Below, in pieces: positions 47,044 to 57,529 of a stretch of DNA of 64,000 nt (its first letter is position 1; each line of letters begins with the position of its first letter). The position numbers and the translations under genes were made by a program. Under the pieces are notes generated by a model. It saw nothing but the letters and a program-made list of their open reading frames with translations, ran no database searches and was not told where the DNA came from. The DNA is from an uncultured Eubacteriales bacterium (GTDB lineage: Bacteria; Bacillota; Clostridia; Oscillospirales; CAJFTT01), in NCBI GenBank assembly GCA_949284545.1, contig CASDVX010000071.1:8845-72844 (forward strand), written 5' to 3'.

Positions 47044-47625
47044 TCAAAACAAAGGAATCACAAACAAAACAATCACGGAATGTAACAAACATATCGCGGA
47101 GGATACCGCCAGAGAAAACATGCATGTCATTGTAAATTTTCTAAACATCACGGGTATATTGGCGCTGCCGGAGCCCGTACATAACCTGAAAAGGCATAAA
47201 GAAAGAGTTATATTGCATTTTGAAAGATATATGTATATACCTGTCGTAAGCACCGTGAACGGAAGAACTGCGAGGAAATAATCCAGCCAAAGCCCGTCCG
47301 CACATACGTCGCAGATTGCCTTACCGGTCGTCAGGCCGTAAATGAGCAGTACAAGAGGAGAAATGAATCCGATTGCAGACGTCCCGCAAAAAAACAAAAT
47401 GAATATGTAAATCGAAGCTGCTGAAAACGTGCAGAAAAATACATTTAAAAAGGACGCCTCGCCGCTGCCTGTTCCCCAAACAACCCATCCGGGCAAAATA
47501 TCCGAAAGCAGCATCCCTACCAGCATGCCGGCGGCTGATATACCGCCTAAGATCAGATATTCTATGTTTTCAGCAATGAATTCCTTAAACTTATGCTTGT
47601 CTGAAGGCGCTTTTAAATGTCTCAT
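47044..47625 (-). CDS. Hypothetical polytopic membrane protein (possibly SpoIIM-like)
   Basis: 193 aa with ~5 TM helices. The N-terminal pattern FIAENIEYLILGGISAAGMLVGML loosely recalls SpoIIM/DUF95 proteins. Family assignment is low confidence. Confidence 0.45.
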   Translation of the reverse strand: MRHLKAPSDKHKFKEFIAENIEYLILGGISAAGMLVGMLLSDILPGWVVWGTGSGEASFLNVFFCTFSAASIYIFILFFCGTSAIGFISPLVLLIYGLTTGKAICDVCADGLWLDYFLAVLPFTVLTTGIYIYLSKCNITLSLCLFRLCTGSGSANIPVMFRKFTMTCMFSLAVSSAICLLHSVIVLFVIPLF

Positions 47626-47693
47626 ACTTATACACTTCCTTTCTCAGAAAGGTATGTACAAGCACATCGCTTTATGACAAGAAAGACGTATCC

Positions 47694-48494
47694 TCAGGAT
47701 GAAAGTTCGGCAGATCTTTGCTCGCAAGCGTCGAGAGCATCTTCCATAACTTTGCGCATATCATTGATTTCAAAGGAGGACAGCGCAGCAAGAGTAGTTC
47801 CTCCGGGAGATGACACATCTCTAATGAGCTCGTCCGGCGTCTTACCGGCTTTTCTCAGCATTTCAGCGCTTCCGGCCATAGACGCTGTCGCAAGATCAAG
47901 AGCGCTTTCTTTATCTACGCCATGCTTTTCAGCCCAATCTGCAATCAGTTTTATGAAGAGGTAAAAATATGCGGGACTGCTCCCGTTGACGGCAACTATC
48001 GTATCCATTTGTTCCTCGGGGATTATTTTGACTGTTCCCAGAGGGGCAATAAGCCTAAGCACTGCGTCTTTTTCTGCATCGGCGACGACATCATCAAACG
48101 ACACGGCCACCGCCCCGCACCCGAGAAGCATGGGGGTGTTAGGCATCGTTCTGACAACATGAGCAAGCTCTCCCAGGCGGCTTGTAAAATATGATATCTT
48201 TTTTCCCGCGAGAATAGAGACAATTACCGTTTCGTGTTTGAGAGTACCGGCCAGCTCGTCGAGCACAGCATCTCCCTGCTGCGGTTTGACACAGATGAAA
48301 ATAATATCGCAGCTGTCGGCGAGATCCTTAGGACGCTCGCACCATACTGCGCCTTTACTTAGAAAAGGAAGCGCCTTCTGCTTGGTTCGGGTATGAATGT
48401 AAACATCGTAAAAACTCACACCGGCCTTAGATGTTATCCCGCTGATAAAAGCGGAAGCCATATTTCCGCACCCGTAAAAACCAATTTTTTTCAT
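47694..48494 (-). CDS. proC: Pyrroline-5-carboxylate reductase
   Basis: GFYGCGNMASAF NADP-binding motif and a C-terminal P5CR dimerisation motif (SSPGGTT). Confidence 0.9.
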   Translation of the reverse strand: MKKIGFYGCGNMASAFISGITSKAGVSFYDVYIHTRTKQKALPFLSKGAVWCERPKDLADSCDIIFICVKPQQGDAVLDELAGTLKHETVIVSILAGKKISYFTSRLGELAHVVRTMPNTPMLLGCGAVAVSFDDVVADAEKDAVLRLIAPLGTVKIIPEEQMDTIVAVNGSSPAYFYLFIKLIADWAEKHGVDKESALDLATASMAGSAEMLRKAGKTPDELIRDVSSPGGTTLAALSSFEINDMRKVMEDALDACEQRSAELSS

Positions 48495-48560
48495 TTAATT
48501 TTCCCCCTGCAGGTGTAAAACATCATCGGACGACATCCATCAAAACAATCTGAAAGAAAA

Positions 48561-48956
48561 TCACCTGCGGCACAGATTCATCTTAAGTATTCCGCCTATT
48601 CCCCCAAAGACAACAGAAAGGAGCACTTTCAGAAGATATGTTCCGAACAGGTTGACAACAAACCCTGCGGCGCCGCCTATCAGAGCAATCAGCAGAATAT
48701 ACACAAGTCCTACCAGCGCGCCGGTCATCATACCTTTACAACGCATTATCTGAGCTCCGACAAAGCCGCCGCAGAAAGCAGCAAGGCATATTATCACAAA
48801 CGATATATAAAACCCTCCGCCCGTGGGGACCTGCTGTATCATCATAAAAACCGAAAACAGCACTAGCAGAACGACACTTGCTGCCATGGCTGCTATTGCG
48901 CCTATGAGCAGCGCCTGAATAAAATTGTTATTAGTATCCGGTTTCCTTTTTCTCAT
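48561..48956 (-). CDS. Small Gly-rich membrane protein (TIGR04086/YrzE-like)
   Basis: ~131 aa with 4 TM helices and GG-rich loops. It sits downstream of yajC. The ATG at 48956 is preferred. Confidence 0.5.
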   Translation of the reverse strand: MRKRKPDTNNNFIQALLIGAIAAMAASVVLLVLFSVFMMIQQVPTGGGFYISFVIICLAAFCGGFVGAQIMRCKGMMTGALVGLVYILLIALIGGAAGFVVNLFGTYLLKVLLSVVFGGIGGILKMNLCRR

Positions 48957-48957
48957 A

Positions 48958-48998
48958 CAAAACACTCCCGAATAATTACTTATAAAAGAATATTCGGG
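48958..48998 (-). terminator. Hairpin after yajC (possible terminator or attenuator)
   Basis: CCCGAATA / TATTCGGG stem (48967-48974 and 48991-48998), followed on the minus strand by AGTGTTTTGT. Confidence 0.4.
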
Positions 48999-49034
48999 TG
49001 GAGTTTGTATTATTCAGAGAGCGCCTTTAAAAAA

Positions 49035-49343
49035 TCAGTCATGTATCGTTTCGTTTGAGGCAATAGACGATTTGAGCAGCTTAATTTTTGTTCTGTCGCT
49101 GCCTGTTTCAATCACCACCGTCTCCTCCTTGATGCTGACGACTCTGCCGATAATACCGCCTGTGGTGGTGATATTATCGCCCACCTGGAGCTCGCTGCGC
49201 ATCTTTGCGACAGCCTTGTCCTTCTTTGATTGCGGACGGATAAAGAAAAAGTACATGACAACGACTATCAATACCATAAAGCCCAATGACAGCCATGTTT
49301 CAATTGTAGAGGTGTTGGCCATAGTGATAATCATGTTTTTCAT
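49035..49343 (-). CDS. yajC: Preprotein translocase subunit YajC
   Basis: A single TM then FFIRPQSKKDK and GDNITTTGGIIGRVVSI motifs. Confidence 0.9.
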   Translation of the reverse strand: MKNMIITMANTSTIETWLSLGFMVLIVVVMYFFFIRPQSKKDKAVAKMRSELQVGDNITTTGGIIGRVVSIKEETVVIETGSDRTKIKLLKSSIASNETIHD

Positions 49344-49371
49344 TATTGTTCCTCCTAAAACTGTATCAAAA

Positions 49372-50256
49372 TTATATGTTCCCGCCGCTTTTGAGTAATT
49401 CGCCTATTTCATCAGACGTAAAGCTGTACAATGAATGACAGAATTCACACTTGATTTCCGTACTTTTTCCGGATTCATGCATGGATTCCAAATCGTCTTT
49501 GCCGAGGGTGAGAAGGGTTTTTTCCACAAATTGTCTGCTGCACATGCATTTATAGGAAACGTTATACCCGTCCAGCACATCGTATTCTATATCCCTGAAA
49601 AAGGCTTTGACCATTTCTTCTGGCCCGCCTCCGTTTTCCATCAACTGAGTTACGGGCAGCGAGGACGAGGCGTTACGCTCCAAACGCTCAGCTGTTTGTT
49701 CATCTGCAAAGGGCAAAAGATGCATCAAAACACCGCCGGCAGCTTTTACAGAGCAATCCCTGTCCACAAGAACTCCGAGAGCACATGCAGTGGGTATCTG
49801 CTCGGAACGGGCAAAATATTCGGTGATATCCTCTGCTATTTCGCCGTTAAGGAGAGGTATACATCCGGAATACGGTTCTTTAAGGCCTATGTCCTTCAGT
49901 ACGTAAAGCATACCTCCTTTACCGACGGCTCCGCCCACATCAAGGTGTCCCACACGGTTAAGAGGTAATTCCAAATCGGGACGTGATACCAATCCTCTCA
50001 CGTTTCCAAGGCTGTCTGACGTTGCTATCACGGTGGAACACGGTCCGTCGCCGCAAATCCGGATTGTAAGTGAATCCGTTGGGTTCTTCATAGAGGATCC
50101 CATAAGTGACGCTGCGGTAAGCGTCCTGCCAAGAACTGCAGTCATCGTGGGAGACAGGCCGTGTATCTTTCTCGCCTCTTCTACAATGTCGGTAGAATCC
50201 ACTGCGAAACACACCGCAGACCCCGACTTCGAGATGCTCCTTATGAGTTTTCCCAT
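49372..50256 (-). CDS. hslO: Redox-regulated chaperone Hsp33
   Basis: 294 aa with the C-terminal zinc centre CMCS...CEFC. Confidence 0.9.
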   Translation of the reverse strand: MGKLIRSISKSGSAVCFAVDSTDIVEEARKIHGLSPTMTAVLGRTLTAASLMGSSMKNPTDSLTIRICGDGPCSTVIATSDSLGNVRGLVSRPDLELPLNRVGHLDVGGAVGKGGMLYVLKDIGLKEPYSGCIPLLNGEIAEDITEYFARSEQIPTACALGVLVDRDCSVKAAGGVLMHLLPFADEQTAERLERNASSSLPVTQLMENGGGPEEMVKAFFRDIEYDVLDGYNVSYKCMCSRQFVEKTLLTLGKDDLESMHESGKSTEIKCEFCHSLYSFTSDEIGELLKSGGNI

Positions 50257-50996
50257 GTGCTACCCCGCCTTTTAGCTATATAGTGTGTCCTTTGGCTGTT
50301 TTGTGACGGAGGTGTAGGACAAAAATCCGCATATTTCCCTAACAAGTCAAACCCGCATCTGTTCAACAGGTCCAAAATATACTCGTCTGAATAGTAATAT
50401 TCAACAACGGAATCTTCCCGCCTTTTGTAAAGTTCGCCTGCCCGTTCAAAAACATCCATGCGTATATCCGCTTTTTTTCCGTCAAAAGTGCTTGTCCAAA
50501 CGCAGAACATGTCGCCACAGTCGCTGCAATAGCAAGCATCGTTCAGCAAATTCTCAAATTTATATTTGCTGTTTACGTCAAATACAAACAGCGAACCGCT
50601 CTCTGCAAACAATGCAACACGTTCAAAAACCTTTTGTATGTTTTTAGGTGCAAAGTGATTGACAGAATCAAGATTACATACAACCGTGTCCACTGTCCCG
50701 TAAAGATCCAGCTTGTGTGCGGGCTGTTGTAAAAACAGTGCGTTCGAGCCGCGTTCAATTTTCCCTTCATAGGCGACATCCAGCATGTATTCGGAGCAGT
50801 CCACACCGATCACGTCTATCCCGTCTCGTTCAAACGCAAAGCAAAGCCTGCCGGTACCGCACGCAAGGTCAAGGAGTATGTGCGGGTGATGACCGAATTC
50901 TTCAAAGACCTGTGAATAAAACCTATGGACTTTGCCGTAATCCACGTTATCGGTCAAGATATCGTAAAAAGACGCTATTGCGGAATAGTTGTTCAT
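50241..50996 (-). CDS. Class I SAM-dependent methyltransferase
   Basis: LDLACGTG SAM-binding motif I. ATG at 50996. Confidence 0.75.
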   Translation of the reverse strand: MNNYSAIASFYDILTDNVDYGKVHRFYSQVFEEFGHHPHILLDLACGTGRLCFAFERDGIDVIGVDCSEYMLDVAYEGKIERGSNALFLQQPAHKLDLYGTVDTVVCNLDSVNHFAPKNIQKVFERVALFAESGSLFVFDVNSKYKFENLLNDACYCSDCGDMFCVWTSTFDGKKADIRMDVFERAGELYKRREDSVVEYYYSDEYILDLLNRCGFDLLGKYADFCPTPPSQNSQRTHYIAKRRGSTWENS

Positions 50997-51068
50997 GATG
51001 CAATCATCTGCTCCGAAAGTAATCATCCCGTAGATTTTACCACAGTGCCGCCAAGAAGTAAATAGCGC

Positions 51069-52367
51069 TCACTTCAGTACATCGTTTTTTACAATGTCCT
51101 GATATGTCTCGCGTCTTATTACGACCCTCGGTTCACCGTTTCTTAAAAACACCGCAGCCGGGCGACAAATTCTGTTATAGTTTGACGACATTGAATAATT
51201 GTATGCGCCTGTGGAAAAGACCGCTAGGATGTCACCTGGTTCAGGCCGCTGTATGTTGCAGTTTTCCTGAATCAGGTCACCGCTTTCACAGCATTTTCCG
51301 GCTATCGTGACCACAAAGTCCCTGTCATTATCCGCTTTGTTTGCGATGCAGGCCTCATAGGGTGATTTATAGAGAGCATATCTGGGATTATCTGTCATGC
51401 CTCCGTCAACGGAAACATACGTACGTACCCCAGGGATGCTTTTCACCCTTCCGACTGTGTAAAGGGTTATACCTGCCTCGCCTACTATACTTCTCCCCGG
51501 TTCAATAATAAGGTAAGGTAGCTCGTACTTAACCTCGGCACATTTCCTTTTCAGCGCTTCGCATATGGCTTTTACGTACTCACCGTATTCGGCGCGGTTT
51601 TGCTCGCTCGTGTATCTGATACCGAAGCCGCCGCCAAGATCAAGTTCATGCAGCTCGACGGAATAAGTGGAACGCACAGCACACATAAAGTCGATCATCA
51701 CATCCGCCGCATGTGCAAACGGTTCAGTTTCAAAAATCTGTGAACCTATATGGCAATGGAATCCCTTCAATTCAAGGTTTTCCATTTTGAGCACGCTTCC
51801 GACAGACCTGAGAGCATCCCCGTTTTCAAGCGTTACGCCAAATTTTGAATCTATTTGTCCCGTCTTGATGAAGCTGTGTGTATGTGCGTCTATCCCTGGT
51901 GTTATACGCATGAGTACAGCGACTTTTTTTCCCACGCGCCCAGCCATGTTATTTAGCGATTCTGCTTCTTCCAGGCCGTCAACGACGATTCTGCCAACGC
52001 CGCAATCTACGGCAAGTTCAAGTTCGTCGTGGGTTTTATTGTTCCCGTGAAAAAACATCCTCGACGCGGGAAACGCAGCCTTGAGCGCGGTGTATATTTC
52101 ACCGCCGGATACCACATCAAGGCTCATGCCTTCCTCATTCATTACTTTGGCCATTTCGGCGCAAAGGAAAGCCTTTGAGGCGTAAGCCACCGTGCCGTTA
52201 CCGTAATGCTCACGCATTGCGGACACGTAGTTTCTGCAGTTTTCTCTGATGCGGTCCTCGTCAAAAAGATAAAGCGGTGTCCCGAATTTCTCAGCCATCA
52301 AGACAGTATCAACCCCACCTAAAGTAAGGTGTCCGTCTGTAATTCCCAGACTGTTTGAAACAAACAT
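51069..52367 (-). CDS. lysA: Diaminopimelate decarboxylase
   Basis: PLP lysine context YASKAF, then GGGFGI and CESGD motifs. GGGAGGG RBS precedes the ATG at 52367. Confidence 0.9.
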   Translation of the reverse strand: MFVSNSLGITDGHLTLGGVDTVLMAEKFGTPLYLFDEDRIRENCRNYVSAMREHYGNGTVAYASKAFLCAEMAKVMNEEGMSLDVVSGGEIYTALKAAFPASRMFFHGNNKTHDELELAVDCGVGRIVVDGLEEAESLNNMAGRVGKKVAVLMRITPGIDAHTHSFIKTGQIDSKFGVTLENGDALRSVGSVLKMENLELKGFHCHIGSQIFETEPFAHAADVMIDFMCAVRSTYSVELHELDLGGGFGIRYTSEQNRAEYGEYVKAICEALKRKCAEVKYELPYLIIEPGRSIVGEAGITLYTVGRVKSIPGVRTYVSVDGGMTDNPRYALYKSPYEACIANKADNDRDFVVTIAGKCCESGDLIQENCNIQRPEPGDILAVFSTGAYNYSMSSNYNRICRPAAVFLRNGEPRVVIRRETYQDIVKNDVLK

Positions 52368-52387
52368 ACTGTGTCCCTCCCATATAA

Positions 52388-52993
52388 TCAAACAGATGCA
52401 CCTATAATTTTTTGCCCGGCAATTTTTTCTATCATACCGAGGACTTCCTGTTTTCCCGTGCGGTCAATACTTGAAAAAGGTACAACCGCAATCATATGTC
52501 TGTATGTCATAGCTTTAAAACAGCCGACAATTTGTTCGCGCTCTGACTTTTTCAGCTTGTCCGACTTGGTCAGCACGACCGCAAAATCAATACCGGATCT
52601 TTCTAAGTAGTCCAGCATGGTCTTATCCGCCTCGGACGGTTCGTGTCTGATGTCGATCAGTTGCAATACTGCGTCACAGCGCCGGGCATCGGTAAAGTAT
52701 CTGTCAACGACGTCCGACCACGAATAACGCCCCGGATTAGAAGCTTTGGCATAGCCGTATCCGGGCAGATCAACGAAACGGCACGCATTATCAATGTTGT
52801 AAAAATTGATCGTTACGGTTTTCCCCGGAGTTGCGCTGACCCGCGCAAGCGATTTACGGTTCAGCAAACAGTTGATAAGAGACGATTTGCCCACGTTGGA
52901 TCTCCCCGAAAACACGATTTCAGGGAGACTTTTGGATGGAAACTGTTTCGAAGACGCCGAGGAAATTTCAAAGAAAGCATTGTTTAAGTTCAC
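52388..52993 (-). CDS. engB: Ribosome biogenesis GTP-binding protein YsxC/EngB
   Basis: GRSNVGKSSLIN G1 motif, DLPGYG and TKSDK (NKxD-like) motifs. It follows lon, as in Bacillus. Confidence 0.9.
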   Translation of the reverse strand: MNLNNAFFEISSASSKQFPSKSLPEIVFSGRSNVGKSSLINCLLNRKSLARVSATPGKTVTINFYNIDNACRFVDLPGYGYAKASNPGRYSWSDVVDRYFTDARRCDAVLQLIDIRHEPSEADKTMLDYLERSGIDFAVVLTKSDKLKKSEREQIVGCFKAMTYRHMIAVVPFSSIDRTGKQEVLGMIEKIAGQKIIGASV

Positions 52994-52999
52994 TTGAGC

Positions 53000-55429
53000 T
53001 CACCTCAAAGCGACAGTGGAGCGCGGGATCTCACAGACATCGCGGACCGCGTCAAGTTTGTTGGGTTTGTCGTCCGGAAAGAAATCGCAGGTGTCCGGTA
53101 TTACGTCTGGTTCCAGCGCGGCCTCGGCCACCTGTACATATTCCGTTACGGGCAAAAAAGTTACTGTTTTCTTGACCGTGTCGTCCACATCGTAAAGGTC
53201 GTGTACATTTGCAGCGGGGATGATCACAGTGTCGATGCCGTGTTTATAAGCTGCCATGCTTTTTTCTTTCAGTCCGCCTATGGGAAGAACACGTCCGCGA
53301 ATGGTTATTTCACCGGTCATGGCTATGTTGCCGCGAACTTTTTTCCCCGTCAGCGCCGAAATGATAGCGGTGGCGATAGTTATACCGGCGGACGGTCCGT
53401 CTTTCGGAGTGGCGCCGTCCGGCACGTGAACGTGGATATCATTTTGCTTGTAAAAATCAGGCTGTATACCGAAAAATTTGCAATTGGACCGTATGTAACT
53501 CACTGCAGCATGGACAGACTCCTTCATGACATCGCCGAGAGATCCTGTCAGTTCTAATTTACCGTCCCCCGGCATTACATTAACCTCTACCTGCAGTATC
53601 TCTCCTCCCACTGCCGTCCATGCGAGGCCGTTGGCTATTCCTACATTATTGCCCCTAAGAACAGTGTCATCAATGTACTTTTCCGGTCCCAGATAATCAT
53701 GAAGATTTTCGCCTGTAAATCTTATCGACTTTACATCTCCGAGGGCTATTTTCTTCGCGGTTTTGCGGCACAGGGATGCTATTTGCCTTTCCAGCTCTCT
53801 CACGCCTGCCTCGCGGGTATAACCGTTAATAAGAAGGCGTATGGCAGAATCTTCTATGACAACCTGACGTCGTGTGAGACCGTGTTTTTTCAGTTCCTTG
53901 GAGATAAGATGTTCCTTGGCAATATGCATCTTTTCATCAAAGGTATAGGATGACAGTTCAATTATTTCCATCCTGTCTTTAAGCGGATCAGGAATGGTGT
54001 CGGGATTGTTGGCCGTAGCAACAAATATCACTTTGCTCAGATCCACAGGGATTTCAACATAATTATCTCTGAACGCCTGATTTTGTTCCGGATCCAACAC
54101 TTCAAGAAGTGCTGAAGAGGGATCTCCTCTGAAATCATTCGACAGTTTATCTACCTCGTCCAACAGGATAAGAGGGTTCATACTTTTTGCCTGACAAATA
54201 GCGTTTACAATTCTGCCCGGCATCGCGGCAATGTACGTTTTTCTGTGTCCTCTGATTTCAGATTCGTCTTTGACACCTCCGAGGGATATTCTGACAAACT
54301 TTCTGTTGAGAGCCTCTGCGATGGAAGATGCTATCGAACTCTTTCCAGTTCCCGGAGGACCTACGAGACAAATTATCTGCCCGTTGATATCAGGAGACAT
54401 GCTTCTGGCTGCGATAAATTCAAGTATGCGTTCTTTTATTTTTCCAAGACCGTAGTGATGTTTGTCAAGTACCTTAGCCGCCTTACGAACATCGGTCCGG
54501 CTCTTTGTTTCAATATTCCACGGTATTGACAAAATAGTGTCAAGATATGTACGTATTGCAGCCGCATCATGCGATCCGGAAGGCATTTTAGAAAATTTGT
54601 CTACTTCCTTAATGAGTTTCTCAACGCTTTCCTCAGGTATTTTGAGCGTTTCAATTTTTTCACGATATTCATCAGCCTCGCTTCTGGGATCGTCGACGGC
54701 TCCCAGCTGAGCATTAAGCTCGCGTATCTGCTCACGTATATAATATTCCTTTTGGTTATGCTCCATGGATTCCTGCACACGTTGGTGAATTTCAGATTCC
54801 ATGGAGAGTATCTCATTTTCTCTGTAAAGCATTTTGATGACCAGGCGAAGTCTTTCCAACGGTTGCGCGGTCTCCAGAATAAGTTGCTTATCTTCGATTC
54901 TGAAATTACAGTTATTCGCAATGTAATCGGCAAGATATCCCGGGTCTTTGGCATCAAGGACGGTAATAATAACTTCAGGAGGCACCCGCTCAATTATATC
55001 TGCGTATGTATCAAAAGCTTCTTGGGCAAGACGAATGTGGGCCTCGCATTCCGTGGCAGATGCGTTTTCCTGAGTGACATCGGGTTTAATATCGTCTATT
55101 GCGGCACTGTAGAATTCATCCGAATGAAATACTTCGGATATTCTGCCTCGTGATATTCCGCGTACAGTTATTCTCAGGACGTTGCCGGGGGCCTTGATTA
55201 CCTGCTGTATAACAGACAGGCAGCCGACTTCAAAAATATCCGACGGAGTGGGATTATCAATTTTTATATCCTTTTGAGACGATACGAAAATGAACCTATC
55301 TCCTTTAATCGCATCCTTCACTGCTGCTACGGAACGTTCTCTCACCACGTCAAATGATACTACAGTTTGAGGGAAAACCGTTATACCGCGAACGACAAGT
55401 ATCGGAAATCGTTTTTCAGAGGAATACAT
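53000..55429 (-). CDS. lon: ATP-dependent protease Lon (LonA)
   Basis: N-terminal LON domain, AAA+ GPPGTGKSS, and a protease domain with the PKDGPSAG catalytic Ser. ATG at 55429. Confidence 0.95.
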   Translation of the reverse strand: MYSSEKRFPILVVRGITVFPQTVVSFDVVRERSVAAVKDAIKGDRFIFVSSQKDIKIDNPTPSDIFEVGCLSVIQQVIKAPGNVLRITVRGISRGRISEVFHSDEFYSAAIDDIKPDVTQENASATECEAHIRLAQEAFDTYADIIERVPPEVIITVLDAKDPGYLADYIANNCNFRIEDKQLILETAQPLERLRLVIKMLYRENEILSMESEIHQRVQESMEHNQKEYYIREQIRELNAQLGAVDDPRSEADEYREKIETLKIPEESVEKLIKEVDKFSKMPSGSHDAAAIRTYLDTILSIPWNIETKSRTDVRKAAKVLDKHHYGLGKIKERILEFIAARSMSPDINGQIICLVGPPGTGKSSIASSIAEALNRKFVRISLGGVKDESEIRGHRKTYIAAMPGRIVNAICQAKSMNPLILLDEVDKLSNDFRGDPSSALLEVLDPEQNQAFRDNYVEIPVDLSKVIFVATANNPDTIPDPLKDRMEIIELSSYTFDEKMHIAKEHLISKELKKHGLTRRQVVIEDSAIRLLINGYTREAGVRELERQIASLCRKTAKKIALGDVKSIRFTGENLHDYLGPEKYIDDTVLRGNNVGIANGLAWTAVGGEILQVEVNVMPGDGKLELTGSLGDVMKESVHAAVSYIRSNCKFFGIQPDFYKQNDIHVHVPDGATPKDGPSAGITIATAIISALTGKKVRGNIAMTGEITIRGRVLPIGGLKEKSMAAYKHGIDTVIIPAANVHDLYDVDDTVKKTVTFLPVTEYVQVAEAALEPDVIPDTCDFFPDDKPNKLDAVRDVCEIPRSTVALR

Positions 55430-55561
55430 TTTAGCACCACTTCCCGAATTGTCGGGATTCCTTTCATTTACGCAAAACAATGTACCGGAGTATGCACCGG
55501 CATTAAAAAGCAACGCAGGCAGTCAAACAGCATTATTTGCCGAAAGCTGCCTGCATTGAAG

Positions 55562-56857
55562 CTATGACGCGATTCCCTTCTTGGAAATTCTTCCGGAGGA
55601 GGCACTGAGCCTTTTCGGCTTTTTTTCAGGATTTCTGAGAACATTGACAGGACTTCCGTCAACAGCCTCAGGGGTCACTTCTACCACGTCCACTGAATAG
55701 TCTCCAGGTGAAAAAAACATAGCGTCCTGAAGTATCTTTTCCATTATCGCTCTCAGTCCGCGGGCGCCTGTCTTAAGCTCAAGCGCCTTTTCTGCGATAC
55801 GTTCAAGTGATCCCGGCGCAAATCTGAGAGAGATATCGTCAAGGGCAAAAAGACGGGTATACTGCTTTACAAGAGAGTTCTTCGGTTCTGTCAGAATTTT
55901 AACCAGGGCGTCTTTGTCAAGGTCGTGAAGCGTATTTATCACGGGCAGCCTACCCACTAATTCCGGAATCATACCAAACCTCACGAGGTCCTGGGGTATT
56001 ACGTTCTCCAGAACGGCAGCCTTGTCACGTTGTATTTCTGAAGACGAGCCGGTAAACCCTATCACGGCTTTCCCCATTCTGTCTGAAATGATAGATTCAA
56101 TTCCTTCAAATGCTCCTCCGCAGATAAACAGAATATTCTTTGTATCTATCTGTATAAATTGCTGCTGAGGATGTTTTCTGCCGCCCTGCGGCGGGACCGA
56201 AGCCACGGTACCTTCAAGTATTTTGAGAAGAGCCTGCTGTACGCCCTCTCCGCTTACATCACGAGTTATAGAGGTGTTTTCCGATTTTCTCCCTATCTTG
56301 TCAATCTCATCGATATAAATTATTCCCGCTTCAGCAAGTTCCACATCGTAATCAGCGGCCTGTATAAGCCTGAGCAAAATGTTTTCAACATCGTCGCCGA
56401 CATAACCGGCTTCAGTTATCGTGGTAGCATCGGCAATAGCAAACGGAACCTGAAGCATTTTAGCAAGCGTCTGCGCAAGAAGAGTCTTCCCTACTCCGGT
56501 GGGTCCCAAAAGAAGGACGTTGCTCTTCTGCAAAACTACGTCGTCATCGTCAGTTCCGAGGTAAATTCGCTTATAGTGATTATAAACCGCGACCGACAAC
56601 GACTTTTTAGCTTCATCCTGCCCTATCACGTATTCATCCAGCCGCTGCTTCATTTCGGTTGGATTAGGCAGCCTGGAAAGAACATCGTCAAGCCTGGAGT
56701 GTTTTTCGTTGTTTACGGTCTGTTCGAGCACATCGGAACATGCTTTTATGCACGAATCGCATATGGCAACGCCGTTGTTAACTATCATATGCCGGACGTG
56801 ACTCTGATCGCGGCCGCAAAACGAGCAAAGATACCCCGATTCTTCATTTTTTGCCAA
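55562..56857 (-). CDS. clpX: ATP-dependent Clp protease ATP-binding subunit ClpX
   Basis: N-terminal zinc ribbon (CSFCG...CDSC) and GPTGVGKT Walker A. Confidence 0.97.
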   Translation of the reverse strand: MAKNEESGYLCSFCGRDQSHVRHMIVNNGVAICDSCIKACSDVLEQTVNNEKHSRLDDVLSRLPNPTEMKQRLDEYVIGQDEAKKSLSVAVYNHYKRIYLGTDDDDVVLQKSNVLLLGPTGVGKTLLAQTLAKMLQVPFAIADATTITEAGYVGDDVENILLRLIQAADYDVELAEAGIIYIDEIDKIGRKSENTSITRDVSGEGVQQALLKILEGTVASVPPQGGRKHPQQQFIQIDTKNILFICGGAFEGIESIISDRMGKAVIGFTGSSSEIQRDKAAVLENVIPQDLVRFGMIPELVGRLPVINTLHDLDKDALVKILTEPKNSLVKQYTRLFALDDISLRFAPGSLERIAEKALELKTGARGLRAIMEKILQDAMFFSPGDYSVDVVEVTPEAVDGSPVNVLRNPEKKPKRLSASSGRISKKGIAS

Positions 56858-56902
56858 CGGGCTCTCCCGCCTTTCTTGTGAGATAGTTTATCCGAAACCG
56901 GG

Positions 56903-57484
56903 TCAGTGATGGGATATCACTTTATCTATCAGGCCAAATTTCATGGCTTCTTCAGCTGTAAGGAAGTTGTCCCTGTCCGTCTCCCTTTCGATAACGTCGT
57001 ACGGCTGATCTGTATTCGCAGCCAAAATCGTGTTCAACCGCTGCTTAATCTTTTCAATGTGGTCGGCGTGTATCTTAATGTCCGACGCCTGCCCCTGAAA
57101 TCCTCCAAGAGGTTGGTGGATCATTATCTCACTGTTCGGAAGGGCAAAACGCTTTCCCTTGGCCCCGCTTGACAGTAAAAACGCTCCCATGCTGGCGGCC
57201 ATACCCACACAAATGGTGGAGACATCAGGCTTAATGAACTGCATGGTATCGTATATTGCCATTCCGGCGGTGACAGACCCTCCGGGGCTGTTGATGTAAA
57301 GCGAAATATCCTTTTCCGCGTCCTGACATTCAAGGTACAGAAGCTGGGCTACTACAAGACTCGCGGTTGTATCGTTTACCTCATCTGACAATACCACGAT
57401 TCTGTCGTTAAGCAGCCTGGAAAAAATATCATACGAACGCTCTCCCCTGTTAGTCTGCTCAATTACCATAGGCACCAATGCCAT
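56903..57484 (-). CDS. clpP: ATP-dependent Clp protease proteolytic subunit ClpP
   Basis: [11 protein letters not shown], the catalytic Ser in GMAASMG, and IHQP. AAGGAG RBS precedes the ATG at 57484. Confidence 0.97.
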   Translation of the reverse strand: MALVPMVIEQTNRGERSYDIFSRLLNDRIVVLSDEVNDTTASLVVAQLLYLECQDAEKDISLYINSPGGSVTAGMAIYDTMQFIKPDVSTICVGMAASMGAFLLSSGAKGKRFALPNSEIMIHQPLGGFQGQASDIKIHADHIEKIKQRLNTILAANTDQPYDVIERETDRDNFLTAEEAMKFGLIDKVISHH

Positions 57485-57529
57485 ACAAATCACTCCTTTT
57501 CGAGCTATTTTAGGGATACTTTACTATGT

